From an uncultured Rhizobiaceae bacterium (GTDB lineage Bacteria; Pseudomonadota; Alphaproteobacteria; UBA828), in contig CAYSDJ010000003.1 in the NCBI GenBank assembly GCA_964429775.1, positions 75,129-139,128 on the forward strand: a stretch of 64,000 nucleotides of DNA, given 5' to 3'. This document shows, one piece after another, positions 28,631 through 37,514 of the stretch (position 1 is the stretch's first letter; every line of letters begins with the position of its first letter). The notes under the pieces are model-generated. The model was not told the DNA's origin. It was given only the letters and a program-made list of their open reading frames with translations, and made no database searches. Position numbers and translations under genes: made by a program.

Positions 28631-29849
28631 TTTCGGCGTCAACGCCGCGACCTTGAAATTCGTCGCCGAGGATATCGCCGCCGGCAATCACCGCGCGGCG
28701 GAACGTGTCGTGGCCACATCGCTTTCCTTTTATGCTTTGATCGGCGTCTTTGGCGCGCTCGTCATCTGGTTCCTGGCGCCGTTGCTGAGCGACTGGTTTT
28801 CGATCAAGGATGATATGCGGAGCGATGCGGAGTGGGCGTTTCGCATTGCCGGCGTGCGCTTCGCCGCCTTCTTTCTCACCATGGTATTGATCTCCCTGTT
28901 CAAGGGGCTTCACCGCTTCGAATATTCGATGGTGATCCTCTCGATCCTTCAGGTGATCACATTTGGCGGCGCCATATTGGGCGTGCTAATCGCCGATGCC
29001 GGTCTGGTCGGTATTTCCCTCATCGGCATGACGGCAAATTTGATCATTCTGATTCTGTCACTGGTGCTGGCTTTTCGCCTGAGTGCGCGGAACGGAATAT
29101 TCCTCAGCCGGGCGAGACCCTCGATCGCCACCTTTCGCCGTACATTTTCCTATGGCGCCTTCATGGGTCTAAACGGTATTGCCTCGACCCTGACGCAGAT
29201 GGTGCAGCGCGGGCTGGTCGCGGCCATTTTGGGACCCGGTGCGGTGACCGTGTTCAGCATTGCCGCGATGATTGCGCAGCGCGCCAATCAGGCCTATGCC
29301 GCGCTGTTCGAGTTTATCGTGCCGACCGTATCGGCGATGACGGGCGACCTCAATGACGAAACCAAGCGGCGCCAGACGGAGCGCCGATTGCGCCGGCTCT
29401 ATTTGCTGTCTTTCTCCGGCGCCGCGGCTCTCGCCCTGGCCGCCGCCATCCTGCTTTATTTCATTGCGCCCTTCATCATCCCCCTGTGGCTGAATTCGGA
29501 GGAAATCAATGAAGAGGTGATATTGCTTGTTCGCCTGTTTTGCCCGGCGATCGCCGCCTATGGCATCATCGCGCCGGGCTATCACATGCTGAATGGTCTC
29601 GGCCGGCCTCACCTCAACACGATTTTCCGCCTCGCCACACCGGCGTTGCTTTACGCGATACTCGCCGGACTGTGGATCGACGAGCTGGTTCTGGAGGAAT
29701 TCGCAATCGCGCAATCAGGCGCCCTGGTCGTTGTCGCGCTCGGTTTTATCGCCTTCTTGGAAATCGTGGTGTGGCGCGGCTGGATTCGAAAAAACAAAAT
29801 CATGGTCAAAACTAGACCGGACAGCTCTGCAAAAATTATGGACGGCTAG
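28440..29849 (+). CDS. wzx: Wzx-type polysaccharide flippase (MOP superfamily)
   Basis: About 12 TMs with PST-family topology. The start is GTG 28440; an alternative GTG is at 28458. Confidence 0.8.
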   Translation: MTSGAGVTSSRRSGRNSIYGLLGFAIPALVQIAAYPILIHHLGPEIVGIYLLATVLSGAWMFFDFGVNAATLKFVAEDIAAGNHRAAERVVATSLSFYALIGVFGALVIWFLAPLLSDWFSIKDDMRSDAEWAFRIAGVRFAAFFLTMVLISLFKGLHRFEYSMVILSILQVITFGGAILGVLIADAGLVGISLIGMTANLIILILSLVLAFRLSARNGIFLSRARPSIATFRRTFSYGAFMGLNGIASTLTQMVQRGLVAAILGPGAVTVFSIAAMIAQRANQAYAALFEFIVPTVSAMTGDLNDETKRRQTERRLRRLYLLSFSGAAALALAAAILLYFIAPFIIPLWLNSEEINEEVILLVRLFCPAIAAYGIIAPGYHMLNGLGRPHLNTIFRLATPALLYAILAGLWIDELVLEEFAIAQSGALVVVALGFIAFLEIVVWRGWIRKNKIMVKTRPDSSAKIMDG

Positions 29850-31263
29850 AGCTGCTGCGCGTTGCCACGCTACCGGGCGTCGGTTGCGGAACGCCGCCGG
29901 GCGGTGCGGCAGGCGTTGCGGCACGCTGGACGCGCACTTTCTTCACCGGGCGGTAAACGCCATTCAAAATATTCTGGCCATAGGCAAGGGTCACGCCCCA
30001 CAGGAAATAGAACGGGATGGTGTGATAGGGCTTCTCGAACGTGTCCTGGTTGGTCGCCACGATCCAGGTGAAGAGAAAATAGAGAAACAATATGAGAAGG
30101 CGATTTTGGCCGATAGCCCAGCCCATCTTGCCGCATGCCCGATAGGCGCGGTGCCATGACCGGATCAGCAAAATGGCAATCATGAGATAGGCGGCGAGAC
30201 CGATAGCGCCGATGCGGGCGCCAATCGAAATATAGGAATTATGCGGTTCGCGCACGATCACATCGCCAACCTGGAAATTGACTAGCGGCTCGCCGTAACC
30301 CAGGCCGAACAACAGAGTCATCGGTTTAGACGAAACTTCGCGCCATATCTGCATCCACCAAAAGGCGCGCAGGCTGTTGCCCGAGGCCGCGCCTTCGGTG
30401 CCTTCATTTGAAATGCCGGCGATCGCCAGGATGTGATTGAGGACAAATTCGATGTCGACCGTTTTGCCCAACCGCCCTTTCATTTCGACGCCCAATTCAG
30501 GCAGGGCAATCAGGGCGCCGATCAGCAGGCTTATCATAATTCCGATACGGCGGAAGGCTCGGCCATGGGTCACGCTGAGAACCAGCGCCATGGCAAAAAT
30601 CTGCAAGTAGACGGTACGCGATTGGAACAGCATGGCGACGAGGCTGGTGAGAATCGTCGCCGCAAGGATGACCCAGGGCCCGGCCTTCTTGGGTTGGAAT
30701 ACAAACAGGTAGGCCACCGCGATCAGTGCGGTCAGGGAGATGCTTTGGAAGCGGAAAAAGAGCGTGCGCTGTTCGCCGGCGGCGGCGACCAGGGTGGGTG
30801 AAAATTCGGCCAAGTCTTCGCGCAGCGGATACAGCAGCGCATAAAATCCGACGATAACCAAAATCTTCGGCAACCAGCGAAAAACGCGCTCGCATTGCTG
30901 CGCATTGATCGCCATGGCAAAGCCGACATAGAGATAAAGCGATTCGATTACATGCGCGGCATCGCGAATTGCCCAGAAGCCATGGTCGGGAAAGGCGAGA
31001 ATGACGCGCGTGACGCCCAGCACCCACCACAGGATCAGCGGCCAGATGAAGATGCTGCGCACGAATTGCGGCATCACTTTCATGTGATTGATGCTGCACA
31101 AGGCCATCAGCAGCACCAGTTCGCCGATCGGCGCGCCGCTGCCGGGCGGAATGCGCAGCTGCATAAAGCCCTGGTTGAGGACGATATAGCAGCCGACGGT
31201 AAACAGCAGCACGCCGTTGCGGAAATTGACGAGATTCATGTGTTTCTTCGCGCGCCTTCGCAT
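29836..31263 (-). CDS. wzy: Wzy-type polysaccharide polymerase / O-antigen-ligase-like membrane protein (Wzy_C)
   Basis: The protein is polytopic. The Wzy_C motif VREPHNSYISIGARIG sits in a periplasmic loop. It converges on wzx with a 14-nt overlap. Ligase and polymerase cannot be told apart from sequence. Confidence 0.7.
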   Translation of the reverse strand: MRRRAKKHMNLVNFRNGVLLFTVGCYIVLNQGFMQLRIPPGSGAPIGELVLLMALCSINHMKVMPQFVRSIFIWPLILWWVLGVTRVILAFPDHGFWAIRDAAHVIESLYLYVGFAMAINAQQCERVFRWLPKILVIVGFYALLYPLREDLAEFSPTLVAAAGEQRTLFFRFQSISLTALIAVAYLFVFQPKKAGPWVILAATILTSLVAMLFQSRTVYLQIFAMALVLSVTHGRAFRRIGIMISLLIGALIALPELGVEMKGRLGKTVDIEFVLNHILAIAGISNEGTEGAASGNSLRAFWWMQIWREVSSKPMTLLFGLGYGEPLVNFQVGDVIVREPHNSYISIGARIGAIGLAAYLMIAILLIRSWHRAYRACGKMGWAIGQNRLLILFLYFLFTWIVATNQDTFEKPYHTIPFYFLWGVTLAYGQNILNGVYRPVKKVRVQRAATPAAPPGGVPQPTPGSVATRSSSSRP

Positions 31264-31324
31264 TGCTCGGCAGTTGCGGTCGGTTTGAATATAGCATAAC
31301 CGGCGAAAGCGCGGTCCATAGACA

Positions 31325-32506
31325 ATGCTATGGTTTCAAACAATGAGCAAACCGCCCAGATTCGCGCCTGGCCGTCACTGGCCGGCTTTTGCCGCCGCCG
31401 CCCTGGCGCTGCTCACGCTGCTGTTCTTCACGCAATATGACGGGTTCGAGCCGCGCAGCGGAAACCTTCTCGGCAATGGCGATTTTTCACAAGGGTTGCG
31501 CGGCTGGCACCAGCGCGGCGCGTCGGACGCGGTGCGTGCGGTGGCGGGCACGCCCGGTTATGCCGAAATCAGCAATAACGACCCGTCGCGCTCGGTTCAT
31601 CTCTGGCAGGCCATCGGGCAGCCGGGGCGCTTTGATTATGTCAGTGTCGAATTTGAGCTTTGGCTGGAAGATGTCGCGCGCGGCCAAAGGCCAGAGCAAC
31701 AAGCGCGCATAATCTTGGCCAGCTATGACAGCGCCGGCAACGGCTTGTGGCATCATCCCCACATCGTCCTGGTGGCGGACGGCAGCCGGGGTTGGACGCA
31801 TTACCGCGCCTCGTTTCCGGTTGGGCATGATGTGCATGAAATGCGTTTGAACGCGGAGCTCAAGCGCGCCACCGGGCGCTTGCGGGTGCGCGGCCTTTCC
31901 CTTCGCGGGGCGGCGGCGGAGCCGGCTTGGCTCGCCTGGCGCGCTCTGTTGATCGCGCTTTGGGCCGTACTCGGATTGGTTTTGGCGCGCAATCTACTGA
32001 GCGCCAGGCCGGGCCGCTGGGCCGGTCTGGTCGCAATTGCGTTGGCCGCGGTTTTCCTGCTTGGCACGCTCAGCCCCAAGCAATTTCAGCACGTTGCCGA
32101 GAATGAAATTGTCAGTTGGTTTGCAGCCGATCAGGAGAGTGGCGAGGTGCAAGAGAAGCGGCGGGAACCGGCTTCAAGTCGTTCAAACACCTCAAGTGCC
32201 AAACCGCACGCGCCGCGGCCGCCGGATTTTGAGCTATTGCGGCCGGGCAAGTTTGCTCATCTGCTGTTGTTTGCCCTGTTCGGCGGCGCGCTGGCTTTGT
32301 CGCGGCCAGGCGCGGCGGCCAGAACAATTCTGGCGTCTTTGTTATTGGCTGCGGCCGTGGCCGAAATGTTGCAATTTTTTGCCCACGGCCGCACGCCGGC
32401 GCTTGAAGACATTGCCATCAACGCGCTCGGCGCTTTCGCCGGCGGCGGAGTAATGTTGCTGGCCTTGCGCTTCGGCCTTGATCGCGTTGGCTTGCGCACA
32501 CCATGA
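31325..32506 (+). CDS. VanZ-like family membrane protein with an N-terminal periplasmic domain
   Basis: The C-terminal region KFAHLLLFALFGG...FFAHGRTPALEDIAINALGAFAGG matches the VanZ signature R....D...N..G. The N-terminus has a TM and a roughly 180-aa extracytoplasmic domain. Confidence 0.5.
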   Translation: MLWFQTMSKPPRFAPGRHWPAFAAAALALLTLLFFTQYDGFEPRSGNLLGNGDFSQGLRGWHQRGASDAVRAVAGTPGYAEISNNDPSRSVHLWQAIGQPGRFDYVSVEFELWLEDVARGQRPEQQARIILASYDSAGNGLWHHPHIVLVADGSRGWTHYRASFPVGHDVHEMRLNAELKRATGRLRVRGLSLRGAAAEPAWLAWRALLIALWAVLGLVLARNLLSARPGRWAGLVAIALAAVFLLGTLSPKQFQHVAENEIVSWFAADQESGEVQEKRREPASSRSNTSSAKPHAPRPPDFELLRPGKFAHLLLFALFGGALALSRPGAAARTILASLLLAAAVAEMLQFFAHGRTPALEDIAINALGAFAGGGVMLLALRFGLDRVGLRTP

Positions 32507-32565
32507 TATTCGCCACTATTCCGCGCTATAGTGGTGTGCAAGATGATTAAGCGTAGTTTTTAAAT

Positions 32566-33738
32566 ATGACGATGAGCGATGCCGCGCCGGATAGCCGGCG
32601 ATGCGAAACCAGCAACGACCCGGCAAGCCTGATCGATTGCCTGTTTGCCGCGCAACTGGGCGAGGAAAAATCCAAGCCCGGGCCGGCAGTCGATTTCGGT
32701 GCTTTCGCGTCTTCCGAACGGTTGCGCTGGTTATTTCCCTGTGATGCACGGGTGCGCGAGTTCTTGTGTGCCTGGCAGCCTGCGGGCAGGTTGCGCGCCC
32801 TGATATGGCGCACCGCCGTGCGCGCCTCGACAGCCGGTTTGGCCGGATTGATGCCGGGCATAACGCGCCATGCGGTTGATGGCGCTGCCGTCGCCCGTCT
32901 TGCGCATCGCTTCGGTCACGAGACGGCGGAATGTCTGCCGGCGATTTATATCGGCACCATCGGCTATCGGCGAAAGGCGGTTGTCGGCTGGATGGATCGG
33001 CGTGGCGCCTGCGTTGCGGTCGGGAAGTTTCCGCTCGGGCGGCGCGCGGCTGAGGCATTGGCCAACGAGGCCAAGGCACTGACCGGTCCGGCCGCGAAAC
33101 TGGGCATTGCCATGCCCGCCTTGCGCCATTGGGATGAGGCGGCCGGGCTGTTATTGCAAAGCAGTGTCGCGGGGCGCAATTGTCCGGCGCCGTTCGATGC
33201 GCGCCATGCTTCCCTGCTGGTGAAACTGGTGAGCCCGGAAGCGCGCTTGGCAGCGGCGGTATATGCCGAGCTACTGGAGAGCAACGATGCGCGAATTGCC
33301 GCATCGGCGAAAATCTTATTGGCCGGGTATGAGAATGAAAATGTCTGTCCGGCGCAAATGCACGGTGATTTCACCCAGGCCAATCTGAAGCAAATTGGCG
33401 GGCGGGAATTGGCCGTGGTGGATTGGGAATATTATTCGCCCGTGGGCGCACCTTTGGCGGACGCAATCTATTTTCAATTATTTAGGAGCTATTTTATCAA
33501 TCACCTCAGCGGCCCGGCGCTGCTGCGCGAGCTGTTGCGTTTTATTGACAGCGGGCATATTGCGCGCTTGTGTGAAGTGGCGGGCATTGGATTGGCGGCG
33601 CGCCGCCGTTTCGCCTGCCTTGGGCTTTTGGCTGTCGCGCAGTCCCGTGTCCGAGACGGCGAGGATGAAAACGATGCGGCGCGCGTCACCATTCTCGATG
33701 TCGTGGATCGAATGGCAAAGGAACTTTCAGCCGGATGA
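32566..33738 (+). CDS. Aminoglycoside-phosphotransferase-like (protein-kinase-fold) phosphotransferase
   Basis: Catalytic loop HGDFTQANL and Mg-binding VVDWEY match APH/choline-kinase motifs. A candidate nucleotide-binding Lys lies in AVGKFP. Confidence 0.6.
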   Translation: MTMSDAAPDSRRCETSNDPASLIDCLFAAQLGEEKSKPGPAVDFGAFASSERLRWLFPCDARVREFLCAWQPAGRLRALIWRTAVRASTAGLAGLMPGITRHAVDGAAVARLAHRFGHETAECLPAIYIGTIGYRRKAVVGWMDRRGACVAVGKFPLGRRAAEALANEAKALTGPAAKLGIAMPALRHWDEAAGLLLQSSVAGRNCPAPFDARHASLLVKLVSPEARLAAAVYAELLESNDARIAASAKILLAGYENENVCPAQMHGDFTQANLKQIGGRELAVVDWEYYSPVGAPLADAIYFQLFRSYFINHLSGPALLRELLRFIDSGHIARLCEVAGIGLAARRRFACLGLLAVAQSRVRDGEDENDAARVTILDVVDRMAKELSAG

Positions 33739-35162
33739 AACATCGGAAATCAGAGATAGGCCCACGCCGTTTTGGCTTGTTTCGCGGTGGCGTGTTTTCG
33801 GTAATATTCCATGCGGGAATTATCCTGGTGATTGCCGTGGTGGTTGTCTATTTGCTCAACATGTCGCCCGCGGAGGACACCGGCGCGCCCGAAACGGCGC
33901 ACGATTCGGCGGGCCAGCAGGAAGCCGCCACAGAGCCTGCCGCGCCCGTTGTTCAAACTGCGAACCAGACTGTCGTTCAGAACAATGAAACCGATGCGCC
34001 CAAAACGTTGCAGGAGGTTTCCGAACGAATCGATGAATTGTTTCTCGAAATTATCAGCGGCTTCGATCCTGCCGATCCAGAATCGCGGGAATATCTGAAG
34101 CGTTTGATCCGCGATGCCACAGCCGGTTATGTCGATGAACAATTTCTCGTTGGCGAATTTTACCTGGCTGGAACAGGGGTGAAAAAGAGCGAGAAGCGGG
34201 CCGCCGAACTGCAGTTGAAATCGGCTGAGAAAAAACTTGTCGATGCGCAAATCCGCATGGGCTCACTTTACGCGCTCGGCCGCGGCGTGCCGGTTAATGT
34301 CGCGCGCGCACATATGTGGTGGAGCCTCGCCGCCGAAACCGGCGATACATTGGCGGCGCAGGCGGCGCATCTCATGCGCCCCATGATGACTCACACGGAT
34401 TTCTCAAATTCGGCGCGCGATGCCCTTGAGTTGAAGCAATATTGGGATTCCTGGCAGCGCTTCGCCATCATCAATAATCCGCAATTGAGCAATCAGCTTC
34501 TCGCTGCGGCGCGTGCCGGCAACGCGGTGCGGATTCGCCGCCTGCTTGATCAGGGCGCGGATCCCAATATCGAGGACCGCAAGGGGCGCGCGGCGTTGCT
34601 GCTGAGCGCCAAGGGTGGCCACGGCGATTCGGCGCAGGCGCTTCTGGCGCGTGGCGCCGATGCCAATGCGACCGACGAGAACGGCAAGAGCGTGCTCATG
34701 TATGCAGCCGAAAATGGCGACGGTAAATTGGTGAAAGCGCTGTTGCAGCGAAAGGTCGATGTCAACGCCGCCAATAAATTCGGTGAAACGGCGTTGATCA
34801 ATGCCGCCTGGCGCGGCAGAAAATCGGTCGCCAACACACTTATTGAGCGTGGTGCGGAAGTTGATCTGCCCGACAAGCAGGGCGGGACAGCGCTAATCTG
34901 GGCTGCCATTAACGGCCATACGGACGTGCTCGAACTGTTGGTCGACCGCCGTGCGAAAATCGATTGGATCGATAATTCCGGTTTGACGGCGCTCTCCCGG
35001 GCGGCGTGGAACGGCGAAATCGATGCGGTCGATACCTTGCTTGACCTTGGTGCCGATCCGTTGGTGCGCGACAAAGAGGGCATGACGGCCGCCATTCGGG
35101 CCGAATCGGAAGGCCACGAAGATATCGTATCAAGACTGTCGCGCTCAGCGCGCGGCGGATAG
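33735..35162 (+). CDS. Membrane-anchored Sel1-repeat plus ankyrin-repeat protein
   Basis: An N-terminal TM (VIFHAGIILVIAVVVVYLL) is followed by two Sel1-like repeats (...YLAGTGVKKSEKRA..., ...YALGRGVPVNVARA...) and at least five ANK repeats (G.TALI.AA..GH..V...L). The ATG overlaps the upstream stop as ATGA. Confidence 0.8.
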   Translation: MKHRKSEIGPRRFGLFRGGVFSVIFHAGIILVIAVVVVYLLNMSPAEDTGAPETAHDSAGQQEAATEPAAPVVQTANQTVVQNNETDAPKTLQEVSERIDELFLEIISGFDPADPESREYLKRLIRDATAGYVDEQFLVGEFYLAGTGVKKSEKRAAELQLKSAEKKLVDAQIRMGSLYALGRGVPVNVARAHMWWSLAAETGDTLAAQAAHLMRPMMTHTDFSNSARDALELKQYWDSWQRFAIINNPQLSNQLLAAARAGNAVRIRRLLDQGADPNIEDRKGRAALLLSAKGGHGDSAQALLARGADANATDENGKSVLMYAAENGDGKLVKALLQRKVDVNAANKFGETALINAAWRGRKSVANTLIERGAEVDLPDKQGGTALIWAAINGHTDVLELLVDRRAKIDWIDNSGLTALSRAAWNGEIDAVDTLLDLGADPLVRDKEGMTAAIRAESEGHEDIVSRLSRSARGG

Positions 35163-35259
35163 GGCTATTGCTTTAGGCCTTATATGCACTGGTCAAAAGA
35201 ACTGTTTTTTGCGAAATTAACCGAATATTTTCAATTTGGAAGCGACAGTTACAAAGATT

Positions 35260-35313
35260 TGATGACGTAAGACAGTCATCATGTTGACATTGTTTGCTTT
35301 GGTACAATATATA
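35260..35313 (+). promoter_or_regulatory. Sigma70-like promoter with an upstream inverted repeat
   Basis: The inverted repeat TGATGAC-N8-GTCATCA lies at 35260-35281. TTGACA is at 35284-35289. After an 18-nt spacer, TATATA is at 35308-35313. Confidence 0.35.
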
Positions 35314-35383
35314 AGCTGTGAGCAAACAGCGCTTTCCCGGTCAATGGCCGGGAGGTGCCCCATATGGAGATTGATGGCCCAGT

Positions 35384-35533
35384 ATGAGTGATGGACAGAC
35401 ACGTAGAGCTATCATTAAGCGCATGGCCGCGCTGGCGGCGCTTGGCTATGTGGCGCCTCAGGTCGTCACCATCAGAGATGCGGCGGCCAAAAAGAAAAAG
35501 AAAAAAGCCCCGCCTTCGGCGCCTAGAAACTAA
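35384..35533 (+). CDS. Small protein (49 aa) MSDGQTRRAIIKRMAALAALGYVAPQVVTIRDAAAKKKKKKAPPSAPRN, translationally coupled to a 7-codon uORF
   Basis: It is shorter than 60 aa and so absent from the ORF track. The uORF ATG at 35364 follows GGGAGG at 8-nt spacing and encodes MEIDGPV*. The uORF stop overlaps the main ATG as ATGA. The N-terminus has the Tat-like motif TRRAIIK plus AALAALG, and the C-terminus is K6. A T6 run follows at 35560-35565. Confidence 0.35.
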   Translation: MSDGQTRRAIIKRMAALAALGYVAPQVVTIRDAAAKKKKKKAPPSAPRN

Positions 35534-35572
35534 CCTGGCTACGGCACGGCTGCGCCCCTTTTTTACGGACTA

Positions 35573-36055
35573 TTATAACCGAGGGTCCTGCACTGCGTGC
35601 AGGCGGCTCGCGGCGATTCGCGCGAAGCGAAGCGTTTGTTTTCTGCGCCCGCCTGCCGGCATCGCCTCGCGCGGCGCTTCCCGGGTGCATTCGGCGCCGT
35701 AGCTGTCGGCCAACATGACGCCGCATTCCGCCGGCAGCACCGCCACCGGAAAATCCCCCGCCACAGCGAAATAGAAGTGATCGCAATGGGCCAAATAGTC
35801 GGGCCATTTCGAATCGGCGCGAAAATCCGCAAGGCTGCTTTTGATTTCGACGATGATAAAGCTGCCGCGCCGGTCGAGTGCGAGAACATCGGCGCGCCGG
35901 CCGGATGAAAGGGGAAATTCGGCCAACGCAACGCAATCCATCGCTTCTAGCAAACGGCAGACTCCGCGTACGAGCCCTTGGGCATTCTTCTCCACCTGCC
36001 ACGGCCGGGCTAAATCAAGCGCGAGCTCGACTGGTGTGATCATGACTTTGCGCAT
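35573..36055 (-). CDS. MmcB-like PD-(D/E)XK nuclease family protein
   Basis: The core ADVLALD...FIIVEIKSSLADF is a PD-(D/E)XK core of the MmcB type. Confidence 0.6.
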   Translation of the reverse strand: MRKVMITPVELALDLARPWQVEKNAQGLVRGVCRLLEAMDCVALAEFPLSSGRRADVLALDRRGSFIIVEIKSSLADFRADSKWPDYLAHCDHFYFAVAGDFPVAVLPAECGVMLADSYGAECTREAPREAMPAGGRRKQTLRFARIAASRLHAVQDPRL

Positions 36056-36197
36056 CCCGGGTTTATGCGGTTTTTGCTCTAGTTAAGACAATCGAAATAA
36101 AAACATAGCCTAATGCAGTTGAGCCGGTTGGTGGTGAGAAATCGCGCCTCTTTGGCGATCTCGCCTAGCCCGGCGGATTGGGTTTCAGACGTGGAGA

Positions 36198-37490
36198 GTG
36201 GTCGACAATGTTGCACGAACCGGTGATAAGGCGGTCAATCAAATGAGCCCCGCCACGCGCGCGACCAGCCACGAGGTAATCCTTCTCGATGTGGCTTACC
36301 GTATTGCCAAAACAAGTGAGCTGGAACCACAAATTGCGATTCATATGCATTTGTCCAATTTGCAGCCGCGCTGGCGCTCGGAAGCCTTTATCCGTGTTGC
36401 CGCCAGTACTTTTGAGCCGCTCGTGCAGAAGCGCTCGGGCCAGGTATTTGTGCTCGCGAGCGGCGATATCGTTTTTCTCGGTGGCCGTTCCAGCAACGAG
36501 GAAGTTGAAGACATTCTAACCAAACTTCAGCAAATGTTTGGCGAAGATCCATGGTTCCACGACACCAAGAAGGCAACCACGCTGCCATTCGCGACATGGT
36601 ACAGGTTGCCGGCGGACGCGGAAGCCTTTGTCACCACATGCGAGCAGTTAAACACATCGGTTGGGCAATACCGTGCGGCGGTATCCGCACAACGGAGAGG
36701 CCAAAGCGCCATGGCCAACTTGCCTGAAGCCGGCGCTGCCGAGCTTGATGATGCGCTGCACAAGATTGACGATGTCGATATGAAGCTGTCGCTGCGCCGC
36801 CAGTCGATCGGAATATTCCTGCCCGGGCAGCCGGTGAAGCGGCTTTTTTCGGAGCTTTATGTTTCTGTCTATGATTTGCACAAACGATTGGCGATGGAAG
36901 CCGATCTTGCGCAAAACCGGTGGCTCTTCCAGCATTTTACCTTGGCAATGGATGAAGCTGTACTGGCCAATTTTATCGAAAACGGAATTCCGGGCAAAAC
37001 CGGCAGTATCAGCCTCAATATCAATGTTGCGACCATTTTGTCGGCGCAATTTCTCGATTTTGATCAGGCATGGCGCCGAGGTGCCGAGGATAAAATGATA
37101 CTCGAACTGCACCAGGTCGACATTTTCGATGATATGCCGGCCTACAAATTCGCCTGTAATTTTCTCCGTATGCGGGGCTACGCAATTTGTGTCGATGGGG
37201 TGACTCATCTGACATTCCCGTTTACCGACCGCGAGAGCCTGGGCGCGGATTTCATAAAAATTGTCTGGAGTCCGGATATGGCCGGCAATCGCGAAGACAA
37301 TCTCACTCAGCGCATGAAGGCTTATGTCGCCAAGGCCGGTGCCGGCAATGTGATCCTCTGCCGCTGCGATACAAAGGAAAGTATCGAGTGGGGCCAAATG
37401 GTTGGGATCAGATTATTCCAGGGCCGCATCGTCGAAACCCTGCTCGAATCCACCGCCAATGCCGGACGACAGGCTGGCGTCGCTTCGTAA
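36198..37490 (+). CDS. Hypothetical protein with degenerate GGDEF-like and degenerate EAL-like domains (candidate c-di-GMP effector)
   Basis: The C-terminus aligns to EAL with catalytic motifs mutated: ILELHQ for EITE, CVDGVTH for DDFG, FIKIVWS for KID, and CDTKESIEW...FQGR. The N-terminus has a GGDEF-like block FVLASGDIVFL. GC is about 52%, lower than neighbouring genes. The start is GTG 36198; an alternative ATG is at 36243. Confidence 0.5.
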   Translation: MVDNVARTGDKAVNQMSPATRATSHEVILLDVAYRIAKTSELEPQIAIHMHLSNLQPRWRSEAFIRVAASTFEPLVQKRSGQVFVLASGDIVFLGGRSSNEEVEDILTKLQQMFGEDPWFHDTKKATTLPFATWYRLPADAEAFVTTCEQLNTSVGQYRAAVSAQRRGQSAMANLPEAGAAELDDALHKIDDVDMKLSLRRQSIGIFLPGQPVKRLFSELYVSVYDLHKRLAMEADLAQNRWLFQHFTLAMDEAVLANFIENGIPGKTGSISLNINVATILSAQFLDFDQAWRRGAEDKMILELHQVDIFDDMPAYKFACNFLRMRGYAICVDGVTHLTFPFTDRESLGADFIKIVWSPDMAGNREDNLTQRMKAYVAKAGAGNVILCRCDTKESIEWGQMVGIRLFQGRIVETLLESTANAGRQAGVAS

Positions 37491-37498
37491 GAAATTTT

Positions 37499-37514
37499 AG
37501 CGCGGTTTCGCGCT
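37499..37514. terminator. Hairpin AGCGCG-GTTT-CGCGCT at a convergent gene junction
   Basis: A perfect 6-bp stem lies between the stop of the EAL-like gene (37490) and the regA stop (37515). No clear U-tract is present. Confidence 0.3.

Noticed and set aside
35541-35565. Rho-independent terminator after the small ORF
   Set aside because: A GC-rich stretch and T6 run are present, but no convincing stem could be drawn. It is kept only as a weak note in the finding.
36648-37397. 249-aa minus-strand ORF opposite the degenerate GGDEF/EAL gene
   Set aside because: It has no motifs. The plus-strand frame shows a colinear, if degenerate, EAL alignment. Some uncertainty is retained.
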